This document shows, piece after piece, positions 18,653 to 27,600 of a DNA stretch of 64,000 bases. The notes beneath the pieces are model-generated. The model worked only from the letters and a program-made list of their open reading frames with translations, made no database searches and was not told where the DNA came from. The stretch spans positions 1 through 64,000 of IMG/VR virus record IMGVR_UViG_3300003320_000620; one strand, written 5' to 3'. The translations under genes and the position numbers were made by a program. Each line of letters starts with the position of its first letter. The stretch's first letter is position 1. This DNA comes from a virus (taxonomy: Duplodnaviria; Caudoviricetes).

Positions 18653-19235
18653 TTCAGGGTGTCCTTTCAGGTTGAAAGCACCCTAAAGCAAGCCGGTGTC
18701 AGTATTTATCACATGGAGGAGGAGTGCAAGCTTGCTGGTATGGTGTAACGTTGCGCTGTGAACCTGTCACGGCCAGGGTGCGTAAAAGATATCACCTCAG
18801 TTGGTCAGATGTGATTATGTGCCGCAACCTGAAAACCAAACCCTGTAACTATTGTGTTTTTGTATTGACAACCTTTTGATGTAACGATTCAAACCTCAAC
18901 TACCCTAGTATTAGACCTTATGCAGGGTTAATGTCACCAAGCAGTTTTGGATTCACTGTTTGTTTGACTACCTGTTAGATCAGCGCGCAACACAGTGGCC
19001 CGCCTTGAGTGGAGTGGGGCGGGAGTTTTACGTAAGGGCTAGTTGATTGCCAGTATCAGGCAATGTCAGGTGAAACCATTACAGGGTACGGCATGCTCAG
19101 GCATGCACGGCACACGCGGCCCAGTAGGGCAGCAGACGCCCATGGGCAGCATAGCTTGCAACCGGGCGCGCGGCACTTAAGCCACCCTAACCCCGGTACA
19201 ACCATCATCCTCACGCCCCTATCTGGGGCACCGCT

Positions 19236-19643
19236 TCAAACCTTCGTTATGAGATTGCCCTGCAAGTCAGGCACAAGCACGCCTTTACGGCGTGCTGATT
19301 TATGCCACAAAAACATCCTGACTTTGACTTGGGGGGCAACATAGGCACCATGGGCCAGTTGACCGCGTATAGCACGGCCCTTTGCCCTACAGGCGCCTGT
19401 ATAGCGCTCAATAGGCGTTGCCCTGACAGGTGACTGGCTAGTACGCAAACCCGTGCCAGTGCTACGCCAAAAGCCCGTATTCAGGCGCATAAAGCCCGCA
19501 GGCCGTTGACGTATAGTATCAGTGTTGGCAACACCTGGAGGTACCGGAATGACAAGCACGGGCTGCCGTGCCGCGCTACGGGGTACAACCCCTTGCTTAG
19601 CGCGGCGCCGACGGCCGTATTGCCCGTATTGTGGTGCCCTCAT
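19236..19643 (-). CDS. Arg-rich hypothetical protein
   Basis: 135-aa ORF inside a compositionally unusual island; coding status uncertain. Confidence 0.4.
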   Translation of the reverse strand: MRAPQYGQYGRRRRAKQGVVPRSAARQPVLVIPVPPGVANTDTIRQRPAGFMRLNTGFWRSTGTGLRTSQSPVRATPIERYTGACRAKGRAIRGQLAHGAYVAPQVKVRMFLWHKSARRKGVLVPDLQGNLITKV

Positions 19644-20138
19644 GTGACTTGGCTCATAACATTCAAGTGCGACGCTGTTGACCAGCTGTTAGGCGGCTAG
19701 ATGTGGGTGCTTTGTTATGCGTAGGGCCACATTGTGAAACGGGGTGACCACCCGCCTATGTGTTTGGGCCACATAGTCACATTGGGCAACGGCCAAACGG
19801 GAATGATGGATTTTTGACCCCGTACCGTTGCCCCTAGTTGTATGGTATTGTGGCACAGGCCTTGGGATGATTGGCGGGAATTTAGGATGAGTGTTCCAAA
19901 CCTCTGTTCGGTAGGTAACGAAGAATGCGCATGGATGACTTTGTCCTTAAAATTGCAGCCTCCCTTATTCGTGGAAGGAGGAAGGGGATAGCGGCTGGCA
20001 TCTTCGACCAAGAAGATTATTTAGGTTATGACGAAGCGCTTATCCGAGCCAATGACGTAGCGCATGCTCTAAAGCCGCTGTTCCAACCTGATTAGACCCG
20101 TATTTAGGGTTGGAACTTAAAAGTGAGGAGAAAGCAAA

Positions 20139-20369
20139 ATGGATGTTAAAGCTTTAGAGCATAGGTCAGAAACGTTAAAGAAGGAACAGTTTGAGAAATG
20201 GTTGTCAGAACCTATGGTCCGAATGGGTTTAAGCATGGTACCCCCTGGTGACAAACAGGAGGTGTTGAAAACACTTTTACAGAGTGCTTTCAATACTGGC
20301 TTCAATACTGGAACTGGTGATATGATACGCACAATGCTTGAAATGATAATGAAGGATAAACCCAAATAA
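20139..20369 (+). CDS. Hypothetical protein
   Basis: 76 aa with GAGGAG SD. Confidence 0.65.
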   Translation: MDVKALEHRSETLKKEQFEKWLSEPMVRMGLSMVPPGDKQEVLKTLLQSAFNTGFNTGTGDMIRTMLEMIMKDKPK

Positions 20370-20500
20370 TTTGCGTAGTATCATAGTGTTACCTACCCTA
20401 CTAATCCATTAAAACCCCAAAACGTCGTAAAAAGTGTGAAACCAGTTCGCACCTTTTGCGCTTTAATTGGCACCGTGGGGGCAAATAATGGAGTGTTAGT

Positions 20501-20806
20501 ATGAGTATGCGTAACAACGAGTACCCAGCTCTTCTGAACTGGCCAAGAAGTGCTGGTAGAAAGCCTGATCATAAGGTCCTTAAAAACATTCATGAGAAGG
20601 CTTTAGCAAGGAGAGGATCAAAGGATGCTGTGGCCTTAGCTATGGCCCTGAGGCCGGAAGGTGCTACACAACCACAGATCATTTCAGTTCTTGGCAGCCC
20701 ACACAGAAACAAGTTTAATGAACTTGTTAGGAAACGTAAGGTTAGGCTGTCAAAGTTTGCGTCAAAGCATGGCTTGACGGTGTATAAGTTGGAACTCAAG
20801 GTTTGA
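20501..20806 (+). CDS. DUF3489-like winged-HTH protein (paralog 2)
   Basis: RRGSKDAVALAMALRPEGATQPQI motif, GGAG SD. Confidence 0.7.
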   Translation: MSMRNNEYPALLNWPRSAGRKPDHKVLKNIHEKALARRGSKDAVALAMALRPEGATQPQIISVLGSPHRNKFNELVRKRKVRLSKFASKHGLTVYKLELKV

Positions 20807-20883
20807 TCCATTGCATGGTGCTTCTCATCCAGCGGTGGTGAGAGTGGTTGTATGGTGACATAACAACTGGAATGGATCAAACA

Positions 20884-20925
20884 GCCCAGGAGGCTTTAAC
20901 CTTTCAGCCTCCTGGGCTTGCTTTT
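20884..20925 (+). terminator. Rho-independent terminator
   Basis: GCCCAGGAGGCT-N10-AGCCTCCTGGGC followed by TTGCTTTT. Confidence 0.8.
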
Positions 20926-20937
20926 GTCTGAGGCAAA

Positions 20938-21399
20938 ATGATCATCACTATAAAAGATGCAGCTGAATACCTCCGAACAGGAAAAGCAATAAAGGTCTTC
21001 CTTGATTTGATCAGAGGGATGAGGAAGATATTCACATTTAAGCAAGAGCGTGAGAACAGGCCTGTTCGTTACCTAGAAGTAGTGAAGGCCTATGAGAAAG
21101 GCATGATGGTAGATGACATACTTGAGAAGTACGGATGTAGCCGTGCCACAATATGTCGCTACGCAGCGATGGCTGGCCTTCCGAAACGGCATTGGAGGCC
21201 TAAGGATGAAGACCAACATGCTAAGATACTAGAATTGTCAAAGGCTGGCCTTACGCAGGATGTTATAGCCAAGCAATGCAACTGTTCTCCAGCCTTAGTT
21301 AGGAAAGTTGAGAAAACTGCTGGCATTAAAAGAACACGATCAAAAATGACAAAGAAGAAAGCGTATCAAATAGTAACAGGCAAGGAAAATCACTTATGA
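20938..21399 (+). CDS. Protein with two HTH motifs
   Basis: DDILEKYGCSRATICRY and DVIAKQCNCSPALVRKV. Confidence 0.7.
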   Translation: MIITIKDAAEYLRTGKAIKVFLDLIRGMRKIFTFKQERENRPVRYLEVVKAYEKGMMVDDILEKYGCSRATICRYAAMAGLPKRHWRPKDEDQHAKILELSKAGLTQDVIAKQCNCSPALVRKVEKTAGIKRTRSKMTKKKAYQIVTGKENHL

Positions 21400-22103
21400 T
21401 CTGGCCGTTCTCACTATTTAGATCACAAACCAGCAACCCTCTTGCTGGCAAGCGTTTGAGATATCTCATTGGGGCAGATGACGGCTTGTATGATGGCCTA
21501 GAGAACAACGACATTACTGTTGTTCCTTATGATCACGGCCCTTTGAAGCGTGGAATAAGTGTTGGCTACTGCAATTTGTTCGATGAGTACAACACAGGTC
21601 GCTACGGCCCTTACCTATATACTTCTGATACAGCAAGACAATACGGGGAAGGTCAAATTGATCCCAAAGGTGTCGGATGGGTTAGAAACCTGTCAACTCA
21701 GTTCCTCAACAGGCATCAACAAGGAATCACTTACATTGAGCTCGACAATACAGATGCCTACAAAATTGAGGACGTATTAGGCGCCATCCAGCTTGCAGAG
21801 GATATGGGCCTTAAGGTTCTAGCCAAAAATCCAGCTTTGTCAGATGACCCGGTTAGATATTTAGCCCACAAAAACATTTACGGTGCTATTGTTGAGTATG
21901 ATGCTGGCCTGCCGGAGGAGTACCAGTTGCTCAGAAATCAAGCCAAGAAGCCCTTACTACCCATTTGGTTTGTGTTCTATCTCCACTATGACAGCCATGT
22001 TCGCATGGTGGCAGAGGAAGCACGTAAATATAAAGGGATGGGGGTAACGATTAGCGTGAAGGGTGAGTACGAAACTTCAACTGATCTGTTGGTTCCGCTA
22101 TGA
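21396..22103 (+). CDS. Putative glycoside hydrolase, GH114-like TIM barrel
   Basis: GYCNLF, GITYIELDNTDAY, GLKVLAKN and AIVE resemble the GH114 D-N-x-D-x-Y, KN and catalytic-Glu motifs. Confidence 0.5.
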   Translation: MIWPFSLFRSQTSNPLAGKRLRYLIGADDGLYDGLENNDITVVPYDHGPLKRGISVGYCNLFDEYNTGRYGPYLYTSDTARQYGEGQIDPKGVGWVRNLSTQFLNRHQQGITYIELDNTDAYKIEDVLGAIQLAEDMGLKVLAKNPALSDDPVRYLAHKNIYGAIVEYDAGLPEEYQLLRNQAKKPLLPIWFVFYLHYDSHVRMVAEEARKYKGMGVTISVKGEYETSTDLLVPL

Positions 22104-22175
22104 TAACTACGTTCGTTCTGGTGCTCTTAGGCGTAGCTGTAGGTGCAGAGCTTTGCTACCTAGCATTTATCTGGA

Positions 22176-22481
22176 TTGTGTGGAAATGGTGGTCAAGAAG
22201 ATGAAGGAGGGAAGATGGCAAAAGTTAAGGTTGGTAGATTAGCTTTCAGGGTAGAGGGCGTAAACTGGAATGCCTATTACGCCAGCCCAGATTCAATGGA
22301 AAACGCTATTTACCTAGGATCAATTAGGATGAGTTTTGTAGAAAGGAATCCCAGGAGAAAGCATGAATTCATGAGCCTTATGCGTTCGTGCTTCGCCGAT
22401 GCAGTTAAAGAACTAACTGGTGAATACCCAAGCTGGGAAAGCCCAATCTCAGCGCCAGAGCATGAAAGAACAAAAGAATGA
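22176..22481 (+). CDS. Hypothetical phage protein
   Basis: GRLAFRVEGVNWNAYYA...APEHERT pattern; likely start MAKVKVG. Confidence 0.65.
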   Translation: MCGNGGQEDEGGKMAKVKVGRLAFRVEGVNWNAYYASPDSMENAIYLGSIRMSFVERNPRRKHEFMSLMRSCFADAVKELTGEYPSWESPISAPEHERTKE

Positions 22482-22816
22482 GTGTGTGTCAAGAATGTGG
22501 GATGATTGAAGGTGAACCGTTCCTAGGAACACCCACCTGTCGTAGGTTTGATCCAAAGAGCTATAGTGAAGCAAAGAAGGCAGAATTAGCAGCCAAAGGA
22601 TGCTTCAATTTCCTAGAATACAGGCAAAACAGCCAGGACTTTAAGTACAAGGTAGGTGATCTTGTCATTAAGGAAGGTGGGGATTACCGTTATTACGGCT
22701 GGGTAGTCGCTGCCTACCATAAACGGTCTGGTGTTAAACGCTATGTAGTTGAGAATGTAGATGGGATGAACTTCATCTTTAATGAAACCCAACTTAGCAG
22801 ATGGCAGGAACCATGA
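22478..22816 (+). CDS. Hypothetical protein with an SH3/KOW-like C-terminus
   Basis: FKYKVGDLVIKEGGDYRYYGWVV...RYVVE. Confidence 0.6.
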   Translation: MSVCQECGMIEGEPFLGTPTCRRFDPKSYSEAKKAELAAKGCFNFLEYRQNSQDFKYKVGDLVIKEGGDYRYYGWVVAAYHKRSGVKRYVVENVDGMNFIFNETQLSRWQEP

Positions 22817-22948
22817 TTTGCTGCATTTGCAAAGAGCCATTCCTTGGCTACGGGAACAACCCACAACCAATAAAGAACCATGGAAAGTGTTGTGATCGCT
22901 GTAATGTGTTGGTGGTAAGGGCTAGAACACCCAAAGAGAAGGAAACAG

Positions 22949-23191
22949 ATGAAGGAAACGTCACCTTATCATGAGATCAAACGCACTGGCTGTTCTTACA
23001 ACATTGGCTACGAACTGGCTGAGACGATAGTGCGTAATCTCAACCCGGAAAAATGGCAATTCAGGGACGGTGTACTGGAAGCGGCGGCTAAGGCTATAGA
23101 AGGCCTGAAATCACCTGCTAAAGTAGCAGATGTATTGGAACGGGTCCTTTTGTCATATCACATCACAGGAACGAGCAATGCTAAACCGTAG
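22949..23191 (+). CDS. Hypothetical protein
   Basis: 80 aa with AAGGA SD. Confidence 0.45.
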   Translation: MKETSPYHEIKRTGCSYNIGYELAETIVRNLNPEKWQFRDGVLEAAAKAIEGLKSPAKVADVLERVLLSYHITGTSNAKP

Positions 23192-23582
23192 GAAAGCTAT
23201 GGGTGTTCTAGGCGGTGCCCTGGCGACGCTACTAGCAAGGGATGCCCTACAATCAAAAGAGAAGATGAATCTTGTCCAAAGTTTTGGGCAGTTAAACCCA
23301 GCCCCTGCTCAAGAACAAACACCAGCCCACCTTTCCTTGCAAGATATAGCTAGGAAATACCTAACTACAGATTCAATGAAAGCAGCCTTCAGGTCCAAGC
23401 TATTTAGGGAAGATCACCGCTATATCTACGGCTTAGATGAGGACATTGCCTCAAAGAAGTCATGGTCTCAAGCCGCTAAGATCGCCTTTCAGAGGCAGAG
23501 GATTGTAGATCAGCGCGAAAAGATAGCGTTTGAAGGCGAAGGGAACGCATTCCAATGGTTGATTGGCTTCACCAAGCTCTAA
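23178..23582 (+). CDS. Hypothetical protein with a twin-arginine-like N-terminus
   Basis: MLNRRKAMGVLGGALATLLA resembles a Tat-type signal. Confidence 0.5.
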   Translation: MLNRRKAMGVLGGALATLLARDALQSKEKMNLVQSFGQLNPAPAQEQTPAHLSLQDIARKYLTTDSMKAAFRSKLFREDHRYIYGLDEDIASKKSWSQAAKIAFQRQRIVDQREKIAFEGEGNAFQWLIGFTKL

Positions 23583-24613
23583 AGTATGAAGTATGGGCCA
23601 CCGAATTAACAGCAGCTTTTAAAGATTCAGGAAACACGCTAGAAATGATGGTAGTTTTCAGGGTAGATGAGCAAGAATGAAAGACAGATGCTTAGATATT
23701 TATGTGTGGTCGGTAATCGCAGTGGTAACGTTAGTTATAGTGTTAGATTATTCCACAAAGATCAGGAACACAAAATCTATGCAAGAACAACATAGAACAA
23801 TGACCTTTGGAAATAAGCCATGAACACTAGAAACCTAGAAAGGCTATTCTACGGATTAATGATCCTGTTAACCCTATTCTGGCTAGCAGCAGCTGTAGTA
23901 GTGACCCATTTCGTAATCAAGTTTTGGTAGACAGATGAACCAAAGAATTCACACAGAACAAGAGCTAGATGAGATGCAGGATGACCCTGAAAAGCTAAGA
24001 CGCTATTACAAAGGGATCATAATGCACTGGAAGAGGCTGGCATATGAGATGAGGCAGGAATCAAGGTATCTGGGTAGAACCTACCCAGTGCAGGGCTATA
24101 GACAGACATTTCAGGACGGACAAGACCTAATTAAATGGTCAGAAGCATTAGACAGAGCGGCCAATACTCTTGCAGAACACCTAGATGAGTTTGTTGAATA
24201 TACAGTTAGTAGATGAGCAGATTTGAAGCTATCCTCTAAGATCACCCCTAGAAGGAATTGATCCTAGGATAGCACCGATGTGCTGGTTTTGTTGCTGAAT
24301 ATGGTAGATGAGGTGGCAAGAATCGGTGGATTTGGGAGGAAGGAATTTGGCCTCCCTCCGACTTCTTCTGTCTTAGTCTTTCATCCGACGTCATAAATAC
24401 ACGACGATAGACGAAGAAGACTTTAAAATTACTTAGATGAGCCTGTCTAATCGGCATCGGACACCCCCGACATAATAGCCGACACAACAGATTCGGCGGT
24501 GGGCTCGTCGACGTCGCCGCCGAATCTGTTGTGGATGAGCCGATTAAGCTAGATGAGCCTGTCTAATCGCCGTCGGAGGCTAGACGAGCCAGACAGCAGA
24601 TGAGGTAGATGAG
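23435..24613 (+). repeat. Polar cluster of AGATGAG heptamers
   Basis: Exact copies at 23435, 23665, 23967, 24047, 24183, 24211, 24306, 24435, 24551, 24598 and 24607. A longer direct repeat TAGATGAGCCTGTCTAATCG occurs at 24434 and 24550. Confidence 0.75.
23935..24216 (+). CDS. Hypothetical protein
   Basis: 93-aa ORF. Confidence 0.55.
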   Translation: MNQRIHTEQELDEMQDDPEKLRRYYKGIIMHWKRLAYEMRQESRYLGRTYPVQGYRQTFQDGQDLIKWSEALDRAANTLAEHLDEFVEYTVSR

Positions 24614-24687
24614 CTAGCAAGAGCCCGACGGACTGACGCCAGCAAAGCCATAAAACTAGCCAGGGACAGGCTAGGACTTTACAGGGC

Positions 24688-24720
24688 AAAAATAAACTGG
24701 TAGGCCATGCGGCCTACCAG
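24688..24720 (-). terminator. Rho-independent terminator
   Basis: CTGGTAGGCC-GCAT-GGCCTACCAG followed by TTTATTTTT on the minus strand. Confidence 0.8.
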
Positions 24721-24882
24721 CCATTTTACGCCTTAACCGTCAATTTTGTACCAGTTGCCGTTTTCAGCGTTCAATTGGTACTTTTGGCCTTTGCCCAGCC
24801 CTAAGCCAACGCCGTACTGCTTGTGACTATGCGGCGTCATAATGGCCCGTCAATGCGTTTCACTTGCCAACGTAACGGCCAA

Positions 24883-24906
24883 CCAAGGCCTTAGCTAAGG
24901 CCTTGG
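24883..24906. repeat. Perfect 24-bp palindrome
   Basis: CCAAGGCCTTAGCTAAGGCCTTGG is its own reverse complement. Confidence 0.9.
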
Positions 24907-24938
24907 CAAGCTCAACCAGTAGCTTTTTGAGCATGTGG

Positions 24939-25616
24939 CTACTGTTGCGGCTGGTCACTCAACGCCGCGTCAACGGCCTGCTCAACGCTATGGGCAAGCT
25001 GTTGCTGAATGTCAGGGGTTGCCTGATCAGGCTCAGCCGCGGGCTTTTCAGCCTTTGGCTTGGGCTTACGCTTTGAAGCCGCCGCTTTGGGCTCAGGCGC
25101 GTCACTGGTAGCCTTTTCAGCTTTGGGCTTAGTAGTACCGCCCTTAGCCTTTTGCTTACCAGCGGGCTTTGTAGCGTCACTGTCAGCACCTGCTGTTAGC
25201 GTAGCCTGAAAGCCCTGCAAGGCACGTTCAAGCGCTTTCACGCCCTTTTGAGTGAACGTCAACCAAAACCGCCCACTGCCTTTAACCCTAGTGAAGTAGT
25301 GTAACCCCTCACCACGGTTATTGGCGCTTAACTCCCGGCTATGGTTATGAGCCGGGCCGCTGTTGAAAGCGGCTGAAAGCTCAGCAACGCTTGCCCCTTC
25401 AGGGCGTAATTGCATGGCCACAAAACCGGCTTCAGGCCCCGGCTTACGTAGCTTACCAAACGCCAAGGCCACAGTCAGCATTTCAGCCGTAGGGGCAGGC
25501 CCGGCATGCTTTACCGGCCACCCTTTCAACCAGGGCTGAAAACCGTCAACCAAAAATTGCACGGGTGTAACGGTTTTCAGTACGTCAACGTTGTTGATAG
25601 TGTTTTGAGTGGTCAT
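24939..25616 (-). CDS. DUF3489-like protein (paralog 3) with a histone-H1-like K/A/P tail
   Basis: KPGPEAGFVAMQLRPEGASVAEL motif, tail KPKAEKA repeats, GAGGTG SD. Confidence 0.75.
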   Translation of the reverse strand: MTTQNTINNVDVLKTVTPVQFLVDGFQPWLKGWPVKHAGPAPTAEMLTVALAFGKLRKPGPEAGFVAMQLRPEGASVAELSAAFNSGPAHNHSRELSANNRGEGLHYFTRVKGSGRFWLTFTQKGVKALERALQGFQATLTAGADSDATKPAGKQKAKGGTTKPKAEKATSDAPEPKAAASKRKPKPKAEKPAAEPDQATPDIQQQLAHSVEQAVDAALSDQPQQ

Positions 25617-25850
25617 AGTGTCACCTCAAGTTGTAGGGTGCCGCTAGTTGTCAACGTAGCCCTAGCCACGTTCAAAGGCACCCGGTTGTCAAAAAGCCCG
25701 GTTGCTGCGGCAACCGTGGTTTACGTATGAACCATGATGATGCGCATTACAAGCCACCAAAAACAAAAAACACAAAAAACACGTTCACAGTTGCGTGATT
25801 GCTTTGTGATTTACGGGGGGACCTTTAAGGATTTGCCCCGACCCGCCTAG

Positions 25851-25868
25851 ATGTTTCACGTGAAACAT
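25851..25868. promoter_or_regulatory. Perfect parS centromere site
   Basis: A-TGTTTCACGTGAAACA-T. The core is identical to the established bacterial chromosomal parS consensus and lies in a non-coding gap. Confidence 0.85.
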
Positions 25869-25891
25869 GCTTGACAGAGCAGGACGATGTG

Positions 25892-25916
25892 AAGTACCGC
25901 CTTAGGCGGTACTTTT
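25892..25916 (+). terminator. Hairpin/terminator
   Basis: AAGTACCGCC-TTA-GGCGGTACTT-TT. Confidence 0.55.
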
Positions 25917-26607
25917 GCACAGAGCCCAATGGAGCAGGAGGACGGCGGAGGGGAGGCCCCCAGCAAAAGAACAGGACGAGGGTGCATTCAGTTGGATTTT
26001 TCAAAAATGGTACCCCCTCCTCCCTCTAGACTCGCCTCATCCCTATACAATACGCGGCAAATTTTGACTTAACTATCTTTTTGGACAGGGCCATAAGCTT
26101 CAAGCCGTAATCCTTCACCTCCAGCTCTAACCTGGTCTATTTCTGCTCTTAACGCGATAAGGGTTTCCAGCCATGGCGACCCACCACGGGTCGGGATCAG
26201 CGGCGATGGTCTCGCGGCGTTGCGAATTCTTGATCGCGCCGATGACGGTATATTCGCTGGTCATGGTGTAGTCTTTCGGGGCGCAAATAGAGGGGATGAC
26301 TGTATTATCCGAAGAGTGACAATTTCAGTTCGTTCAAACAGGCAATCTCCGCACTTCACTTCAGGCTTTGTATCCGAATCGTAGGACGTGACTCGGTTGC
26401 ACTTTGGGCATCGCAGATGATAGCGAGTCATGATGCAATCTCATCAATGCAGCGCGAGAGCAGCATCTTCTGGATTAAAGCCTACAAAGACCTTTGTGCC
26501 ACTGCTTAATGTGCATTCTATGCCCTTCACTGTCTTTTTAGCCATTGATCTACCTCCTTGTTGATATGGATGTTAGGCCCTGGTTCTGGCCCAGGTATAG
26601 GTCTGGC

Positions 26608-27093
26608 CTAACTATCTTTTTCATCTGCTTCAATCAAGATTTTTGCTGCTGTCTTAACATCATCATCCCTGACAAGGGCTATTTTGGCAGTTTTGATGGC
26701 TGATCTCAGTCGTTTGATTTCAGTTTCTGGGTCTTCAGGTAAGTTTTTGAGCTCTTCGTCAGTGCCTATAAATCGGCAGTGTTTGGCCATACCTTGATCT
26801 ATAAGGCTTTGGGGGTAGCCATCCCTTAGCAGGGTTTGTTCTAAAGCTTCATTTGGTTCTGGCTTATAGGGTTTTGGGAACCCATAGCGCCAGCCTGCTG
26901 GCGCTAGTACCTGTACCCAGGCATTCCTTGGTTTGGAACTTAGGAATTCATCTATTGCTTTTTTCCCTTCACTGAAGTCTTTGTATTCAATTTGTAAAAT
27001 CCCTGTTAAATCCACTATCCTGCAGGGCAGCATAATACCGCCCCTTATTTCACATAGATGTGCTGGTCTTTCATGTGTATTACACCATTTCAT
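26608..27093 (-). CDS. Hypothetical protein
   Basis: 161 aa containing the PAGWRYGFPKP motif seen in phage small proteins. Confidence 0.55.
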   Translation of the reverse strand: MKWCNTHERPAHLCEIRGGIMLPCRIVDLTGILQIEYKDFSEGKKAIDEFLSSKPRNAWVQVLAPAGWRYGFPKPYKPEPNEALEQTLLRDGYPQSLIDQGMAKHCRFIGTDEELKNLPEDPETEIKRLRSAIKTAKIALVRDDDVKTAAKILIEADEKDS

Positions 27094-27258
27094 CGGTCCA
27101 GTTCCTCAGCTAGAAATTCTAGCTTCTTTATCCACTCATTGGCCTTCCCACTGAAATACACAGTGAAGATGTGTTCTGGATCTGGGTTATTTAGCTCCTT
27201 CTTTATTTCTTCCATTAGATCAAGCAGCACTTTCCTTATCTGGTGATCTTGCAACATG

Positions 27259-27588
27259 TCATCTACTCACAAAACAGCGGGATTTTTTATGCAGGCGACG
27301 TTGTGCCTGCTTGCTCGGTGGTTGCCTTTCGTTACGAAACTTTTTGTAGGCACGTTTGAGCAAGCGCTTACCTATCTGACCACGTGGGTCTGGCGGCGCT
27401 GATTTGTACCAGAAGTAAGGACTGGTTATCATGCGACCACGGTTGTTGTAGGTACAGGAACCAGCCCGGTGGTTTTCGTCACGTATTGTTTCTACAATGA
27501 AGAGTTTGGCATAACGCTGCCATAGCGGATCTTCTTCGTCACGTAGGCGGTCGCATACCCGCCGTACCATTTGTGTCTCGGTAAGCAT
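27259..27588 (-). CDS. Basic hypothetical protein
   Basis: 109 aa, GGAGAG SD. Confidence 0.55.
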   Translation of the reverse strand: MLTETQMVRRVCDRLRDEEDPLWQRYAKLFIVETIRDENHRAGSCTYNNRGRMITSPYFWYKSAPPDPRGQIGKRLLKRAYKKFRNERQPPSKQAQRRLHKKSRCFVSR

Positions 27589-27600
27589 TTCTGTTCTCTC

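Larger units (their letters stand above)
17093..18705 (-). repeat. Chain of three imperfect long-range inverted-repeat pairs
   Basis: 17093-17117 pairs with 17647-17671 (23/25); 17676-17712 with 18348-18383 (32 matches, 4 mismatches, 1 gap); 18385-18414 with 18676-18705 (27/30). Confidence 0.85.

Noticed and set aside
23435-24613. Possible CRISPR mini-array from the repeated AGATGAG and 20-bp repeats
   Set aside because: Spacing is irregular, only two long copies exist, several copies lie within ORFs, and there are no cas genes.
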